The notes under the pieces: model-generated
Told to the model about the DNA's origin: nothing
Databases searched by the model: none
Seen by the model: the letters and a program-made list of their open reading frames with translations, nothing else
Assembly (NCBI RefSeq): GCF_964355755.1
Contig: NC_092673.1
Coordinates: forward strand, 7,936,001 to 8,000,000
Length of the DNA stretch: 64,000 nt
Direction of reading: 5' to 3'
Origin: Antedon mediterranea
Taxonomy: Eukaryota > Animalia > Echinodermata
Part shown: positions 1-12,122 of the stretch, one piece after another
How positions within the stretch are numbered: the first letter of the stretch is position 1
How the letters are laid out: each line of letters begins with the position of its first letter
Translations under genes and position numbers: made by a program

Positions 1-3000
1 TACCAACAACTACTTCTGCATCCTGATTCGCGCAACATAAGTACATTCTCTACGCACAAAGGACTGTATCGTTACAAGCGATTATTTTACGGTGTCAACG
101 CTGCGCACGAGATCTTCAATGAAAAAGTCAAAAACATGCAGAGCGGAGTACAGAACCAACTCAACATAAGTGATGACATTATAATTTTTGGTAAAGATAC
201 TAAGGAACATGATGAAGCTTTAAATGCTGTATTTGAATGTTTGCGTGATTCTAATGTTACAGTAAACAAAGATAAATGTGAATTTTACAAGTCAAATATC
301 ACGTTTTTTGGCATGTTTTTTCCAAGGAGGGAATTTCCCCAGATCCTAGGAAAGTTACTGCGATCAAAGCATTAAAGGCCCCAGAATGCATTACAGAATT
401 GCGTTCCCTTTTTGGTATGGTTAATTTTCTCAGTCGGTTCATTCCAAATTATGCCACTATTACAGCACCTATGCGTAAGTTGCTACAAAAGCCCCTTTCT
501 CACAGATGTGCCTGCAATATACCGGTACAGTGCTGGCGTCGTGCCGGTATCGTTACCGGCATATACCCATTCTCATCGGACTATCGTGCCGGAAATATAA
601 CCGGTATATACCGGCTTTCTGTGAGAAAGGAGTCGGACATATTCGGCCAATAAAAAGTCTCTGACAAAATAATTATTGAGGGCGTCCTTTATTGTTATTA
701 TTTTTGTCTAGCGATGATATGGCGGCGAATGTTAAGTTACAGATTATTATCTTCCTTTATAGCATATTTATACAATACATGCTATGTACAGTATATTGTG
801 CATATATTATACAGGTATAGCAATTAATTTGCCGTCATCGGCAATCTGTAAAACACCTTAGAAGGCTGTAGGCCTACAATTTACAAGGCGACGAAAGGTC
901 AGGCACCAACAAACAAAGAGCTAATGGCCTAGCCTAGCGGCCTATATAGATTATGCTACAAATTTCTTCTTGTCCCCTTATTTTAAGCAGCTCTCTTATC
1001 TCATTATCCCTCCAGTTCCACATTATTATTGTTAATTGAATTGAATAGGCGCCAAAGTTATACACTTGACTGCGCAAGGTGTCAAAGCCTCGACGGGGAA
1101 CCCCGGAATATAACGGCAATACGTTCTCACAGAATGCCCGTCTGGCATTGCGGGGAATATCCCTAGAATATTACTAGGTCTAAAGCAGGTCATGTCGATG
1201 CCGGCATGGTGCCGGCATGATGCCAAGACGACCCGTTCTCACAGAAAACCATACCGGCATGGTAATGGTATATTCCCGCAATATTCCTGGCACACAACTC
1301 TGTGAGAAAGGGGCTAAAGTGACACCAAATTTGAATGGGGTGAAGAGCAAAACAAAGCTCTAGAAATGCTCAAGGATAAGCTCAATTCTGATCGTGTTAT
1401 GGCATATTTCGACCACACACAAACCACCGATGTTTATGTAGACGCTAGTTCAGTGGGTCTAGCTGGAATCTTAATGCAAGATGACAAAGTCGTTTTCTGT
1501 GGTAATAGGTCATTAACGGCCACTGAAAAAAGGTATTCCCAAATTGAACGGGAGGCATTGGCCATCGCATGGGCGTGCCAATATTTTCGACTGTTTCTAG
1601 TTGGCAAACCATTTAGAGTCTTTACTGACCACAAACCGCTACTTTCACTGTTTAACAACCCACGGTCCAACCATCTCTCAGAATAGAAAATTGGATACTA
1701 AGGTTGCAAATGTTTCAGTTTGAAGTATGTTTCCAAAAAGGTTCGACTAATCCTGCCGACTATATGTCACGGTACACATTAGATAAGTGTAATGAAGTAA
1801 ATAACTGTGTGACTGACAGTGCCACTGCATATGTAAATATGTGTATTGAACAAGCTAAACCTAATGCAATGACTATTGCCGACATTCAGTTAGTCTGATA
1901 AAACGATTCAATGTGTTTTTAAGTTTATGCTAAATGATAATTGGGATATGGCCAAGTTGAAGCCAGAAGACCTAACTGATGTTGATCTAGAAGACCTCAA
2001 ATCATATATGAATGTAAAAGATGAAATAATTTGTTCTGATGATGGCAAAATATTATTAAGAGGCAAAAATATCATTATCCCCCTTAGCTTAAGACGTAAA
2101 GTTGTTGACCTCGCTCACGAAGGGCACCAGGGGATAGTTAAGACAAAGAATTTATTGCGTTCTAAGGTCTGGTTCCCTAAGTTAGACAAACTTAGTGAAA
2201 TAGTTGTAAAGGAGTGTATGTTGTGTCAGGCTGCAACTCCTCAGTCAGTACGAGCCCCACTCAAAATGTCTGGTTTACCACAAAACAGATGGGAGCAGGT
2301 TAGCATAGATTTTTGTCATGTTAACAATGAATATGTAATGGTTGTAATCGATGATTACTCACGGTTCCCTGTTGTCGAGCTCCTAACTTCAACCTCAGCA
2401 AATGCTGTGATTCCGAAAATTGACAAAATTTTCAGCATGCTAGGGGTTCCCAAGGTTGTTCGGTCAGATAATGGCCCACCCTTCAACAGTGATGCATTTG
2501 ATAAATTTTCAAAATATCTTGGTTTCCATCACAGGAAAGTAACTCCATTGTGGCCCGAGGCCAACGGTGAAGTCGAGCGCTTTATGCGCACGTTCAAGAA
2601 AGTATTATATACCTCTGAACACTGGAAACAAGACATGTACGTCTTTTTAAGAAATTATAGGGCGACCCCACATTGTACAACGGGTGTTTCACCAGCAATG
2701 GCCCTCTTGGGTATGGACCTTAATATTCGGTTTCCATCTCTTAAAAGGGAGGAGAGTAGTAATGATGAGTCACTACGACAAACTGACAATCGAAACAAAA
2801 TTAAGATGAAGCATGATGCTGAAAAAAGGAGATGCATATCAGAATGTAATCTCAACGTAGGTGACACTGTGTTAGTAAAGCAAGAAAAAAAGAACAAGTT
2901 CACCACACCTTTCTGTAAAACACCTTTAATCATTGTACATAGAAATCATGATCTAATTACAGCTAAACACCCAGATGGTAATAAGATAACCAGAAACTGG

Positions 3001-3159
3001 TCACATTTTAAAAAGGTGAATCTGCCAAATAGGGCACATGTAAATCCAAAACCGGTTTATAATGATGATACTGTTGTAGTGGGACAAGATCCGATCCCAC
3101 AACAGACACGCAGATCTTGTAGACAAGCAAGACGGCCTCAAAGGCTAGTTGAGGAATAA
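1..3159 (+). pseudogene. pol: Disrupted Gypsy pol (RT/RNase H/integrase); integrase ORF 1927-3159 still open
   Basis: Frame changes near 320, 1670 and 1895, plus an 826-bp insertion at 490-1315. ORF-track pieces 136-375, 399-, 1366-1686, 1704-1898 and 1927-3159 are consecutive parts of one pol. Confidence 0.92.
490..1315 (-). mobile_element. Non-autonomous PIF/Harbinger-type DNA transposon nested in Gypsy pol
   Basis: Perfect 17-bp TIRs agcccctttctcacaga (490-506) / tctgtgagaaaggggct (1299-1315); 3-bp TSD AAA (487-489, 1316-1318). Removal restores the pol frame (KLLQ-SDTKFEWGEEQ). TIR-core copies recur internally near 617, 1123 and 1236. A Myb/SANT-like start MWNWRDNEIRELLKIRG lies on the minus strand. 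Confidence 0.9.
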
Positions 3160-3294
3160 TGCTATGCATTAGTTCAGAAAGTGAAAGCGTTAAGTTGTTT
3201 GTATATAGTAGTTGGCAGTTTGTAAAAAAAATGTTAAAACAATAACTCTTATTTCAATATCACAGTGTGCATTTTAAATCCAGTAGAAGGGAGA

Positions 3295-3476
3295 TGTAGT
3301 GTCGTACAGTTTATAAATGGGTTATTTAGTAAACACATCCTGGCAACGCCAAACTCGTGTAGAATACGCATGCGTGCAGGACACGCTGTAGTACCAAACA
3401 GCATGTAATAAAAAGATAGAACTGCATTTATAGTGTCTACCGAATCGTCATTAAAGTCATCGTAAACAATATTACA
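3295..3476 (+). repeat. 3' LTR (about 182 bp) of the Gypsy element
   Basis: Starts tgtagtgt directly after the PPT and ends atattaca (imperfect terminal inverted repeat); TATA-like tttataaat near 3310; AATAAA at 3407-3412. Confidence 0.8.
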
Positions 3477-3562
3477 ATTGGTTTGTCACATAAAGTTTAA
3501 TAGTGTAGACAGGAGCTTAAGACTTTATCCAGGTAAATTAATAAGCCTGAACATGTTCTTAA

Positions 3563-3670
3563 ACTCAGTCTACACTATGAAACTTTATTATGTGACAAAA
3601 AAATGTGATGTGCACAATATGGACATGATGATGTCATATCGCTATCATATTTGGTAGTGTAGACAGAGCT
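3563..3670. mobile_element. Short palindromic MITE, family A (Harbinger-like; TIR agctctgtctacactatcaaac); fragment also at 3481-3517
   Basis: Ends gtctacactat / tagtgtagacagagct; same internal sequence as copies near 7745, 15752, 31153, 32635 and 35798. Confidence 0.8.
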
Positions 3671-3773
3671 TTAGATATTGATTGGTTATTAGTTAGTTAG
3701 TTATTTCAAAAGTTATTCAAATCGCAAGATTTTTTTTCTTAAATTTTCATGATTTTATTACTAGTAGACTCAC

Positions 3774-6700
3774 CTGATTTCTTAAGGAGTTCAAAGAGAT
3801 CTCTCTGCTGCCATACTGGAAAGAGTATATCAGTCTGGACACCGATGATCATAACTGGACAAGTGATCCTAGCCAAGCCCTCTTGAAGAGAGTCAAATCC
3901 TTCACTCATATCAAATAGATCCATTGCCTTCAAATAAAAATTAATAAAGTATAATAAAACAAAACATATAGGACATATGTACAGTACTAAATAGCATTTC
4001 AAAATAATAAACTAAAGAACATTAAACCCTGAATAATCTCTGGGATTGATTATAGGTTTAGGGGTAGAAAGTTTGTTGTTTTCAGAGATTTCTGTTTGTA
4101 GAGAATGCATGGCTTTGGTACTACAGTAGTGGAAACAAGGCTAGGCAGCACTTAGATTTTGGATGTGGATTAGAGCAAAAGGAACAGTGTATGTGTATTA
4201 AACTTAGTCAAATAAATGTATCTTATCTAATCTCAACCCTATAAACCAAGCAAAGTAGGCCAACCCTCTAAACATGACCTTGATTCTCTATCAAAGATAG
4301 CTCACTGTACCTATAGCTATTGCAAAATAAAGATAATCTACTGTATATTTCAGGCTAACGTGTGCAATAATAGTGTAAATAGACTGCATTCATATTTATT
4401 TAGATTCAATTCAGGAGTTCAATACAAACAAGGATTTTTTTACAAGTCATTGATGTGTACATTCTATGACAAAACAAGTCTGTTAAGTTTATGTTTCATA
4501 CTGGCTTATACCACAAAGTGAACTTTGAATGTGTCAACGTTTGCTGTTTGGGTCATCCTTCAATAAAAGTAAATAATTGGCATACTTTGTTATTTACTAT
4601 AAATGTGATACCATATTGTTCTAAAAAATATTGTAGGAGGTATATATGTGCGAGTGGGAGATATTTTACACGGACTAATAAATCAGGTGTGAAAAGAAAA
4701 TTTATCTGGACACGACGCAGCTTTTTTTTAAGCTCGGCGGTGTAAAAGGGTATATATATATATATCGCAAAACCCCTCCTTACTACTATTCAGGGGACAC
4801 TTTACTGTGAAATGAACAAGGAAAATATACACCACAATCAATCCCTATTCAGGGGAAACCCCTATTAAGGGGACACTTTAATGGGTCTGAAGTTGTCACT
4901 TTGATATGGAGTATATGGTTGGGGATGTACTCATGAGACAAACTGTGTGGTATAAGTATATCTAACTACTGTAGTTTTTTTGACTGTATTAGTTCAAGTC
5001 TATCTAACTATGATACCTCTAGAACTAAAGCCATACTATTATCTCCTGAACCATGTAGTGCAGAAAATAGCACCACTCTGCATGAATACATTCTAATTTC
5101 CTGAAAGTGTTTAGAATGACCATTTCCTACAAAACATATGCCTTTTAACTCATTTGAACCAGCTATATTACATAATGCGTATTGAGGGCACAGAGAAGAT
5201 ACACCAGTAGGTTAAAGATATAAATAAATAGATGTATTAATTACCTTTGAGATATATAGTAAAGAGTTTGGATCATATTTGTTACAAAACGTCTCTCCTT
5301 GATGTTCAATGTAGCTTTCAATTAAAAAGCTTGGACACAAACTTGGTTCATCACTCTCATTAATTCTTTTATTACCGAATCGTTGTTCCCACTCTGGGCC
5401 ACTTCGGTAGGTAATTGTGGCAATCTCTCTAAAAATAGTTTTGAAAAAGGAGAATTTTAAGTAGAAATAAGTGGTGGGATATATATGATTTATTTCCTAT
5501 CAAATAATAAAAAAAAGGAGTTTATGGTGTTATACTGACTATCTTTGATGCATAGAGGGTGTATGACCTTCAGTAAAACAAGACATGTGCTGTTAATGAT
5601 TGAATCATATTTTCCTAAGTTAGTTGAATATCATAACAAGCATGACTCCACCATATTTAAAACAACATAACCAACTCATATATATATTTTTCCAGTTCGT
5701 GTTGGTTAATGTTTATTTTTAAAAACTTGAGCTGCACTGACAAGATCTAATAAGATCGAAGCAGTACTGTCTGCATGTCTAAAGAATATGGTTCCCAGAT
5801 TACAGTATGTAAAAAAAACCAGGACAAATTCCAGTTGAAAAACTAGTTTTAAAATAGTTAAATCCACTGGTTTAACTGTAATTTGGTTGTAGTAACTGGT
5901 TTACTGGTACAATAATTGCTTTTAATTGGTATTAATTACCAGTTGATTCTCATAAAAGTCAACCAGCAGTTAAAACCAGTTGGTTAATACAGGTATTTAC
6001 AGGTGTCAAAGTGAATGTTCTTCTGAGTACATGTATAACAAAATTTAATGTAGACTTTGTTTATAGCCTAAATAACGAAAGCCATGTGCCATATTTCATT
6101 CCAGAGAATGGAATGCCATAAATCTTACCTAGCTAGCTTCATACCCATTTTAGGGTACGACTTTCCGTAGTATTGGCCCTTCATCCAAGCAGGATCGGTC
6201 ATTATGCAACGTCTTTGGAGATACCGCATAGCGATTGATGATGGATGAGATCTGGCACATCCAGATATAGAAATAACCCTTTAAAATAAATAACGTTATT
6301 ATTATTATAATTGTCATATTAGTAATACACATTCAAGGCCATAGCAATGGTGTTTCATGAAGTGCCCTTTTAAGATTTTACAAAAGTGCTAGTAAAAGCA
6401 ACAATGACTATTTTATTTATCATCCTAGCCAGCACTGACAAATTCCATCTACCAGGCACACAAATTGTTTTTCTATCTTTGTCCCTTTTACGCATCAAAC
6501 AGCGACTAACAATTACAGGATGGTTAAACTATTTAATAATTATCATGCTTATAAATTAAGTCTCAATTGAGGCTTGAGGGAGTGGAGTTGAAAGAGTCAT
6601 GACCCTGGCATTAGGTCAGGATTGAACCTCAGACCCTAGGATTGGAAGGCAAGCACATTAACCACCAAGCTACAGCTCCACTACATTTTTATTTAATATA

Positions 6701-9700
6701 AGCTTTGATTACCCACTGCAACAATTCTAGCTATAGGCTTGTAATAAAAATTAATTGACAAAAAACAATTTGTCGGAACACTAAACAAAGGCCAAATATA
6801 GATGAAATATTAAATCAAGGACATCACATATGCGCAAACTGCCTGAATTAACAAATAAACCAACCTATTAACTCTGTCTGGATAAAGAGCAGCAGCATTC
6901 AAAGAACACATGCCACCAAGTGAAGAACCAACAGATGCATGTAGCTGAAATATATAATAATTCAAAATTCATTTACCCATGAAATGAACAAGAAGCAACG
7001 TATGTTTCAACACTACAGTACAGGCGACAGCTCTATTAAGGAGACACTTGGTTATGTCTTTAAGGTTTCTTTATATGCATACTCACCTGTACTCAATAGT
7101 TGTTTATTAAACATTTTTAGGCAACACCTTGTGGTTTTGGTGGCATAGAGTATCGGAATAGGTACTAATTTAAATACTTTAAAAAAATTATTGGTGTGAT
7201 TTATTATTTCTTTTGTACTCTTAATGTAATTAAGGTTTCTGTTCATATATTTTTGTTCTCTAATTTGTTATTTTTAAAATGTGTTATTTCTAAATTTGTA
7301 ATGTATTACTGTTAGTTGATCACGGCCTTGTAGAAGAACACCTTTATGGTGACAAGCTTTTCCGTGTTAAAATAAAGTATTTATTATATTATTATTATTA
7401 TAGTGGCAACGGAGAAATCACCAGAACTGATGAACAACATCATGAAAAGGCTGACCAATTGAACGATCCGTGGAAATGCTAGTGTACCCGACATCACCTA
7501 CTGACAAACTTTGTCATTATGCTGTTATACCTTTATACTCTCTTACCTTATCTATGCCTAAATGATCCAGTAATAGAAATTGAATATGAACCATGTCGTC
7601 TAATGATGGCAGTGGGAATGTTGTGGCGTAACATTTACCAGTCAGTGGATTCACTGATGATGGGCCACTAGCAGAAAAAATACACTTGTGATTAAACGTT
7701 ATCAATGTGATGATGATCATCATTCAATAATGTCCATAACAATGTACATTATCAAATTTCATGTGACAACAAAATGTGATGTGTCCATTTGAACATATGA
7801 CATCATATCACTACCATATTTGGGCACATCACACTTTTTTTGTCAAAGTAGTTTGATTGTCTTTACAAACTGAATTGGGTTAACATTCTTCTATAACATT
7901 TTAATTTAAATTTAAGTTTAAATAAATACGAAATATTTTTTGCCTTTTGGTAAACCATAAAAAATAGACTTACTTTTTTGTTTCGGCTACTAGCATCGCA
8001 TGAACAAAACGCTGAAACGTTTGCAAAATATTAAGTTTATTTTTTATGGTTTACAAAAAGGAAAAAAATACAAACATAAATTATGTGAAACCAGATGAAT
8101 TTTGTTTTGTTTTTGTGAATTCTTCATGATTGTGCAGAACTTACGAGGTACCATAGCAGCCTCCAATTGTGTTGGTGCAAATAACAAAGAACTGATTTGT
8201 ATCAACTGAACAGCCAGGTCCTACAAACTTCTCCCACCATCCTGGTTTAGGGTTATCCTTTATCAAAACAAAAATAAAACAATTTTATTAGATATTTATT
8301 ACATTCTGATTTTTAAAATGGGGAACACTAACATATAATTATTATTAGCCTGCCAAAAAGTAGTTTCATTTAGGCTGTCTAAAATGGGGAGCGCGTTCCC
8401 TAAACACTCTCCCACTAGTTCCATCCTCTAAAGTAATCCATTAGCAGAAATTGAAGATATAGTAAATAAAAAAAGTAATAAGTCGTCTCTTCCTAATAAT
8501 GTTAGTTTCAAGTAAGTTAATTTTAGGTTTGATTACACGGTTATCTGTAAACCTTACTTTACATAGGACAACATGGTCCTGTATGGCATGGTACATAATT
8601 CAATTTGTTTCCAACTATGCATCACGTATGGAAACCAAAGATAAAGAACATATGCAATAAAACTCGAAGTCTCTTTTTTTTATGCAAACATTATACCACT
8701 GATTTCTCATTTTATGTTTAAAATACAACTCTGACAACATTGTCTTGAACACTATCTTACCTTGTGACTTTTAGCATGTGAACTAGCAGATAGTCCGGCA
8801 TGTATAATAACAGCATTTGACTTGTCTTCATTTAGCTCTCCCCATGTCTCATAGGCAACCTGCAAGTCGGGCAGCACTGCATTGTTGTACTTCAGGTAAT
8901 ATGGTTCCTTATAGTGAAATTTCTTGAAACCAGACACGACTTTGTGATATTCAGGTTCGGGACCACTGGTATCACTATACAATTATAATTCAAGATTTAA
9001 AAAAAAGGTTTGAGAAAGTTTGTATACAAATTAATGATAATGTTTATGAGTTAAATGGGGTGAATATTTAATGAGATTGGTTATTTTGTATGCATAGTAT
9101 TCTGGTAGAATGTACACACTACAATTTTCCTTTTTCCTATACTAACATATGATATAACAAATCTAAAGGCCAGATGCACCAGAATTTTGTGCACTTCATT
9201 TCATTTGACCAACAAAGGACTATAAACCGTAGGTCCAGTGTACACATCTGGTGTCTTTTGAGACGAGTAGGGGGTTACCCCGGTGTACTAGTCTACACAC
9301 AGACACTTTATCATAAACTCATCATGAGGGCCCCTTGATTGTCAGCATACACTGTTTAGGGTCACCCTCTATAAATAAGGTGAAATAATAAAATAAAATC
9401 AGTCAACAGTCCCATATGATCTTAACTAAATAAATAAACAATTTATTTAGACTTGTATAAGCAAACTAATAAAACTACAGTAATAAAATATTTCAGATAT
9501 AATAAAAGTATAATTTACTTTTCCATTCTTTTGTACCTACTTTTTCGAAAGACATGGAAATTCGGTTTGCAAACCTTTAAACGCATTTGCATCAGGTACT
9601 TCAAGTTGTGGTAAAGCCCCATGGTAGCTTTTTGATGAAGGGGTACTGATCCGGTTTCCGTCTTTTTTAGTCTGTAGTCCCGCACTGTTGCTTAACGGAC

Positions 9701-9776
9701 GCAATAACTTGACGTTTGATCGACATTGTTCGGTTGTCCGGACCTTCTTGAGTAGACGGAATGAGTTACGAAGCAT
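3774..9776 (-). CDS. Serine O-succinyltransferase / homoserine O-acetyltransferase-like protein (MetX family, Cys2-type), 3'-partial in this window
   Basis: Phase-consistent GT-AG exons: 9776-9541, 8974-8761, 8257-8145, 7667-7547, 6944-6865, 6278-6129, 5428-5245, 3927-3774 (417 codons). Motifs: [41 protein letters not shown], nucleophile elbow [31 protein letters not shown], catalytic Asp QTDILFP. The exon with the catalytic His is not in the window. Confidence 0.93.
6560..6682 (-). mobile_element. tRNA-derived SINE head (tRNA-Gly-like), not a functional tRNA
   Basis: Minus strand reads ggagctgtagcttggtggttaatgtgcttgccttccaa...ggttcaatccc with Pol III A and B boxes, but the anticodon and acceptor stems do not pair. 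Confidence 0.65.
7745..7862. mobile_element. Degraded MITE family A copy
   Basis: atgtgacaacaaaatgtgatgtg...catatcactaccatatttgggcacatcacac matches the other copies. Confidence 0.7.
9215..9400 (+). mobile_element. SINE with Deu/Nin-like central domain
   Basis: aggactataaaccgtaggtcc...gagtagggggttaccccggtgt resembles the DeuSINE/AmnSINE core; A-rich tail; related copies near 20630, 35250, 40063 and 48703. Confidence 0.75.
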
Positions 9777-10379
9777 GATTAACAGCAGTTATAATATTAT
9801 ATACACATTGATATACCTATAAATACAAACTAATTCATTTAGAAACGTGGATGTTTGTATGCCTATGTTTAATCTTCATCTGGTCAAGGGTTTATACTTT
9901 ACTCCATGGTTTATATAAACATAATTACTTGACGAAACTATGACTGTGCACTCTTCAATTTTCATTGAATTGAATCGTAGTAATAATAATAAAGATAATC
10001 AACATTATCAAGAACCAATAAATACTGTTTTCTTGCTAGCTCTTGTTTTGTCAGATGGATTGTAGTTATGCAATATAGTAGGCACTATTTCAGCCCCTCT
10101 AATTATAATCAAACAATGTTATAATCAGTCTAACTCTAAGTATTTGATATACGGCATTCATAATATTTGTTGTAAATGTCTACAAAGAGCATTGGTACTA
10201 CATAATAATACATTAATTTATGATTGCAATGCATTTAATTAAACAACAACAAATGACAGGTTTAACCTATAAACCTATATACTGACCTATATATAATTTA
10301 AGCCTACTCACTAACTACAGCTGGTTAAAAAAAACCGACACTTGACCTAAGCGACTCAATATGGAGCTTGTACATGTTT

Positions 10380-10720
10380 GTATAATATAGTCTGACCAAT
10401 GAATGAGACACACTGCCACTAGCCCACAGGCTACGGAATGACTTCATGGCGGTAGCAAAATTCTGCATATAGTCTACGCATTAAATAGCTCATTATTGCT
10501 TTATTATACCCTACCTGTTTTTTAAACAATATTTGTAGCTGTACAGTGTATTAACAACATGCAGCCACAAACGATTTAAAGGGAACCTCGCGCCTCGCCT
10601 GGAAAACTCCAAGACCTAAACTTGAACTTGGCTACTGTTGCTGAGCGAAGACTTAGCCAATCCGCGACCTCCATTCACGTGATATTTAGTTAAAACGCTT
10701 TTTCATTGGCCGCTTGTTTT
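10380..10720 (-). promoter_or_regulatory. Probable promoter / 5'UTR region of the acyltransferase gene
   Basis: Locally higher GC; CCAAT boxes near 10396, 10657 and 10705; E-box cacgtg near 10676; candidate minus-strand UTR donor at 10311 and acceptor at 9817. TSS not determinable. Confidence 0.4.
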
Positions 10721-10794
10721 GATTATTACATTTATTATTTGTATACTATTGCATAAAATGCAGATGGCATACTTTTATTACGTGTATGCAATTA

Positions 10795-10870
10795 TTTACC
10801 TCCGCCAAGGAAATGAGGTATAATGTAGTCGATTGTGTTTGTCTGTTTGTTAGCAGGATTACTCAAAAAG
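10795..10870 (+). mobile_element. 5' fragment of a Helentron-associated (HINE/DINE-like) element
   Basis: ttacctccgccaagg...gtttgtctgtttgttagcaggattac; same family as the minus-strand copy at 30236-30423. Confidence 0.55.
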
Positions 10871-12122
10871 CAATTTCAAAGCAATATTTTCTCTTTTCCT
10901 TTAGTTTAAAAAAAGATTAAAAAGACCAAACCGCGATTTTTTCTAAAATGACATTGTGCATTAAGCATTTCAGCTTTTAATCCACTTTTCGTAGAAAAAA
11001 TATTTAAAATCGCTTATATAAAAAGACAACGGTTAAATTATAAAAAAAAGAATCGTTGTCTTTCAGACAATTTGACTATTTTTAGGGCCTTTTAGGCCTA
11101 TACAGTTTTTTTTTTCAGGTAAATCATTTTGTTTCGATCCAGTTATTTATTAGTTAACGTGAATAATTACTATAATGTGTTATTAAAACATAGTAAAAAA
11201 TCGATTTACACTAACTTTCTGTGTTTTAGACTCAAGATGGGCTGAAATTAATTAATTAATCTAATTGATGATTCTAATAAAATGTTTGAATCTTACCGTG
11301 ACCTTTTAGGAGTTGAAGAAGCAAGAATGAACTTAATGATATTCTGCAATATCATATGATGTGCCATCACAATTATATATACAAAAACATTATTGATTGT
11401 TTAACAAATCCGTTATTTATTTGGACACATAAACCACGGCGCAACAATAGGCTACTAAATCAGTCCTGTTACTTATTGCAAATACAGATTTTATATTTTG
11501 TTTCTTTTTATTTTTTCGCGCCGCGGCTCTAGCCAGCTATGTCCCAGGAGGACACATTCATTAATAAGCTGTTTCATAGCGGTAGCTTTAGTATCTAAGG
11601 CTGACAGTTTTGTGAATTTGGAAACTCGACTATAATTTATAGGTAGCTGCTGGACCCAAAAAACGTCTGGGAGAAGAGAGTCTATATGAAAGCCTTTGCT
11701 GATAATACAGTATTATTGAGATGTAGACGGAAATCTGTAAAATCTTGATCAATAAATAATAACTTCGTTTTTGCTGTCAACCAGGCCGGTATTATAATAA
11801 GTCACTGTCAAATAATCATTCGATAATGGTCAAAACTTTATTTTGGCTCTGTCAACATAAAGGGAGGTATTTACAATGACTTTCTTTGACTGTCAATCTA
11901 GGCCAATGTTATAATAATACGCCGTCAGATATTAAATCATTTGAAACAGTCCTCGTAAATTTTTTGTTGGTTATCAGGTGCCGTGGGGGGTCCAATCAAT
12001 TATCGTCAGAAGGTGAACAATCAGTCTAGGTAGCAGCAGCAGATTATTAGGAACGCCTGCTCCATTAATTAATCCAGAAAAAGGTTTGTACATTATCTAT
12101 TTGTTTATTAGCCTTCTTCTAA

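Larger units (their letters stand above)
1..3476 (+). mobile_element. Ty3/Gypsy LTR retrotransposon (Mag-like), 3' part: RT-RNase H-integrase, PPT and 3' LTR; truncated by the window edge and lying in an intron of the minus-strand gene
   Basis: Domain order RT (RLFYGVNAAHEIF...NISDDIIIFG), RNase H (VYVDASSVG...YSQIEREALAI...FTDHKPL), integrase (AHEGHQG..CMLC; VIDDYSRFP; SDNGPPF; NGEVERF). Purine tract agaagggaga at 3285-3294 is followed by a TG...CA LTR. Confidence 0.95.

Noticed and set aside
6600-6682. tRNA-Gly gene
   Set aside because: A and B boxes are present but the stems do not pair; better explained as a SINE head.
3774-9776. Bacterial contamination or recent horizontal transfer of metX
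   Set aside because: At least eight spliceosomal introns filled with host repeats and a eukaryotic-type presequence; any transfer would be ancient and needs a phylogeny.
10654-10682. ER-stress element (CCAAT-N9-CCACG)
   Set aside because: After CCAAT and nine bases the sequence is CCATT, not CCACG; only a separate CCAAT box and E-box are supported.
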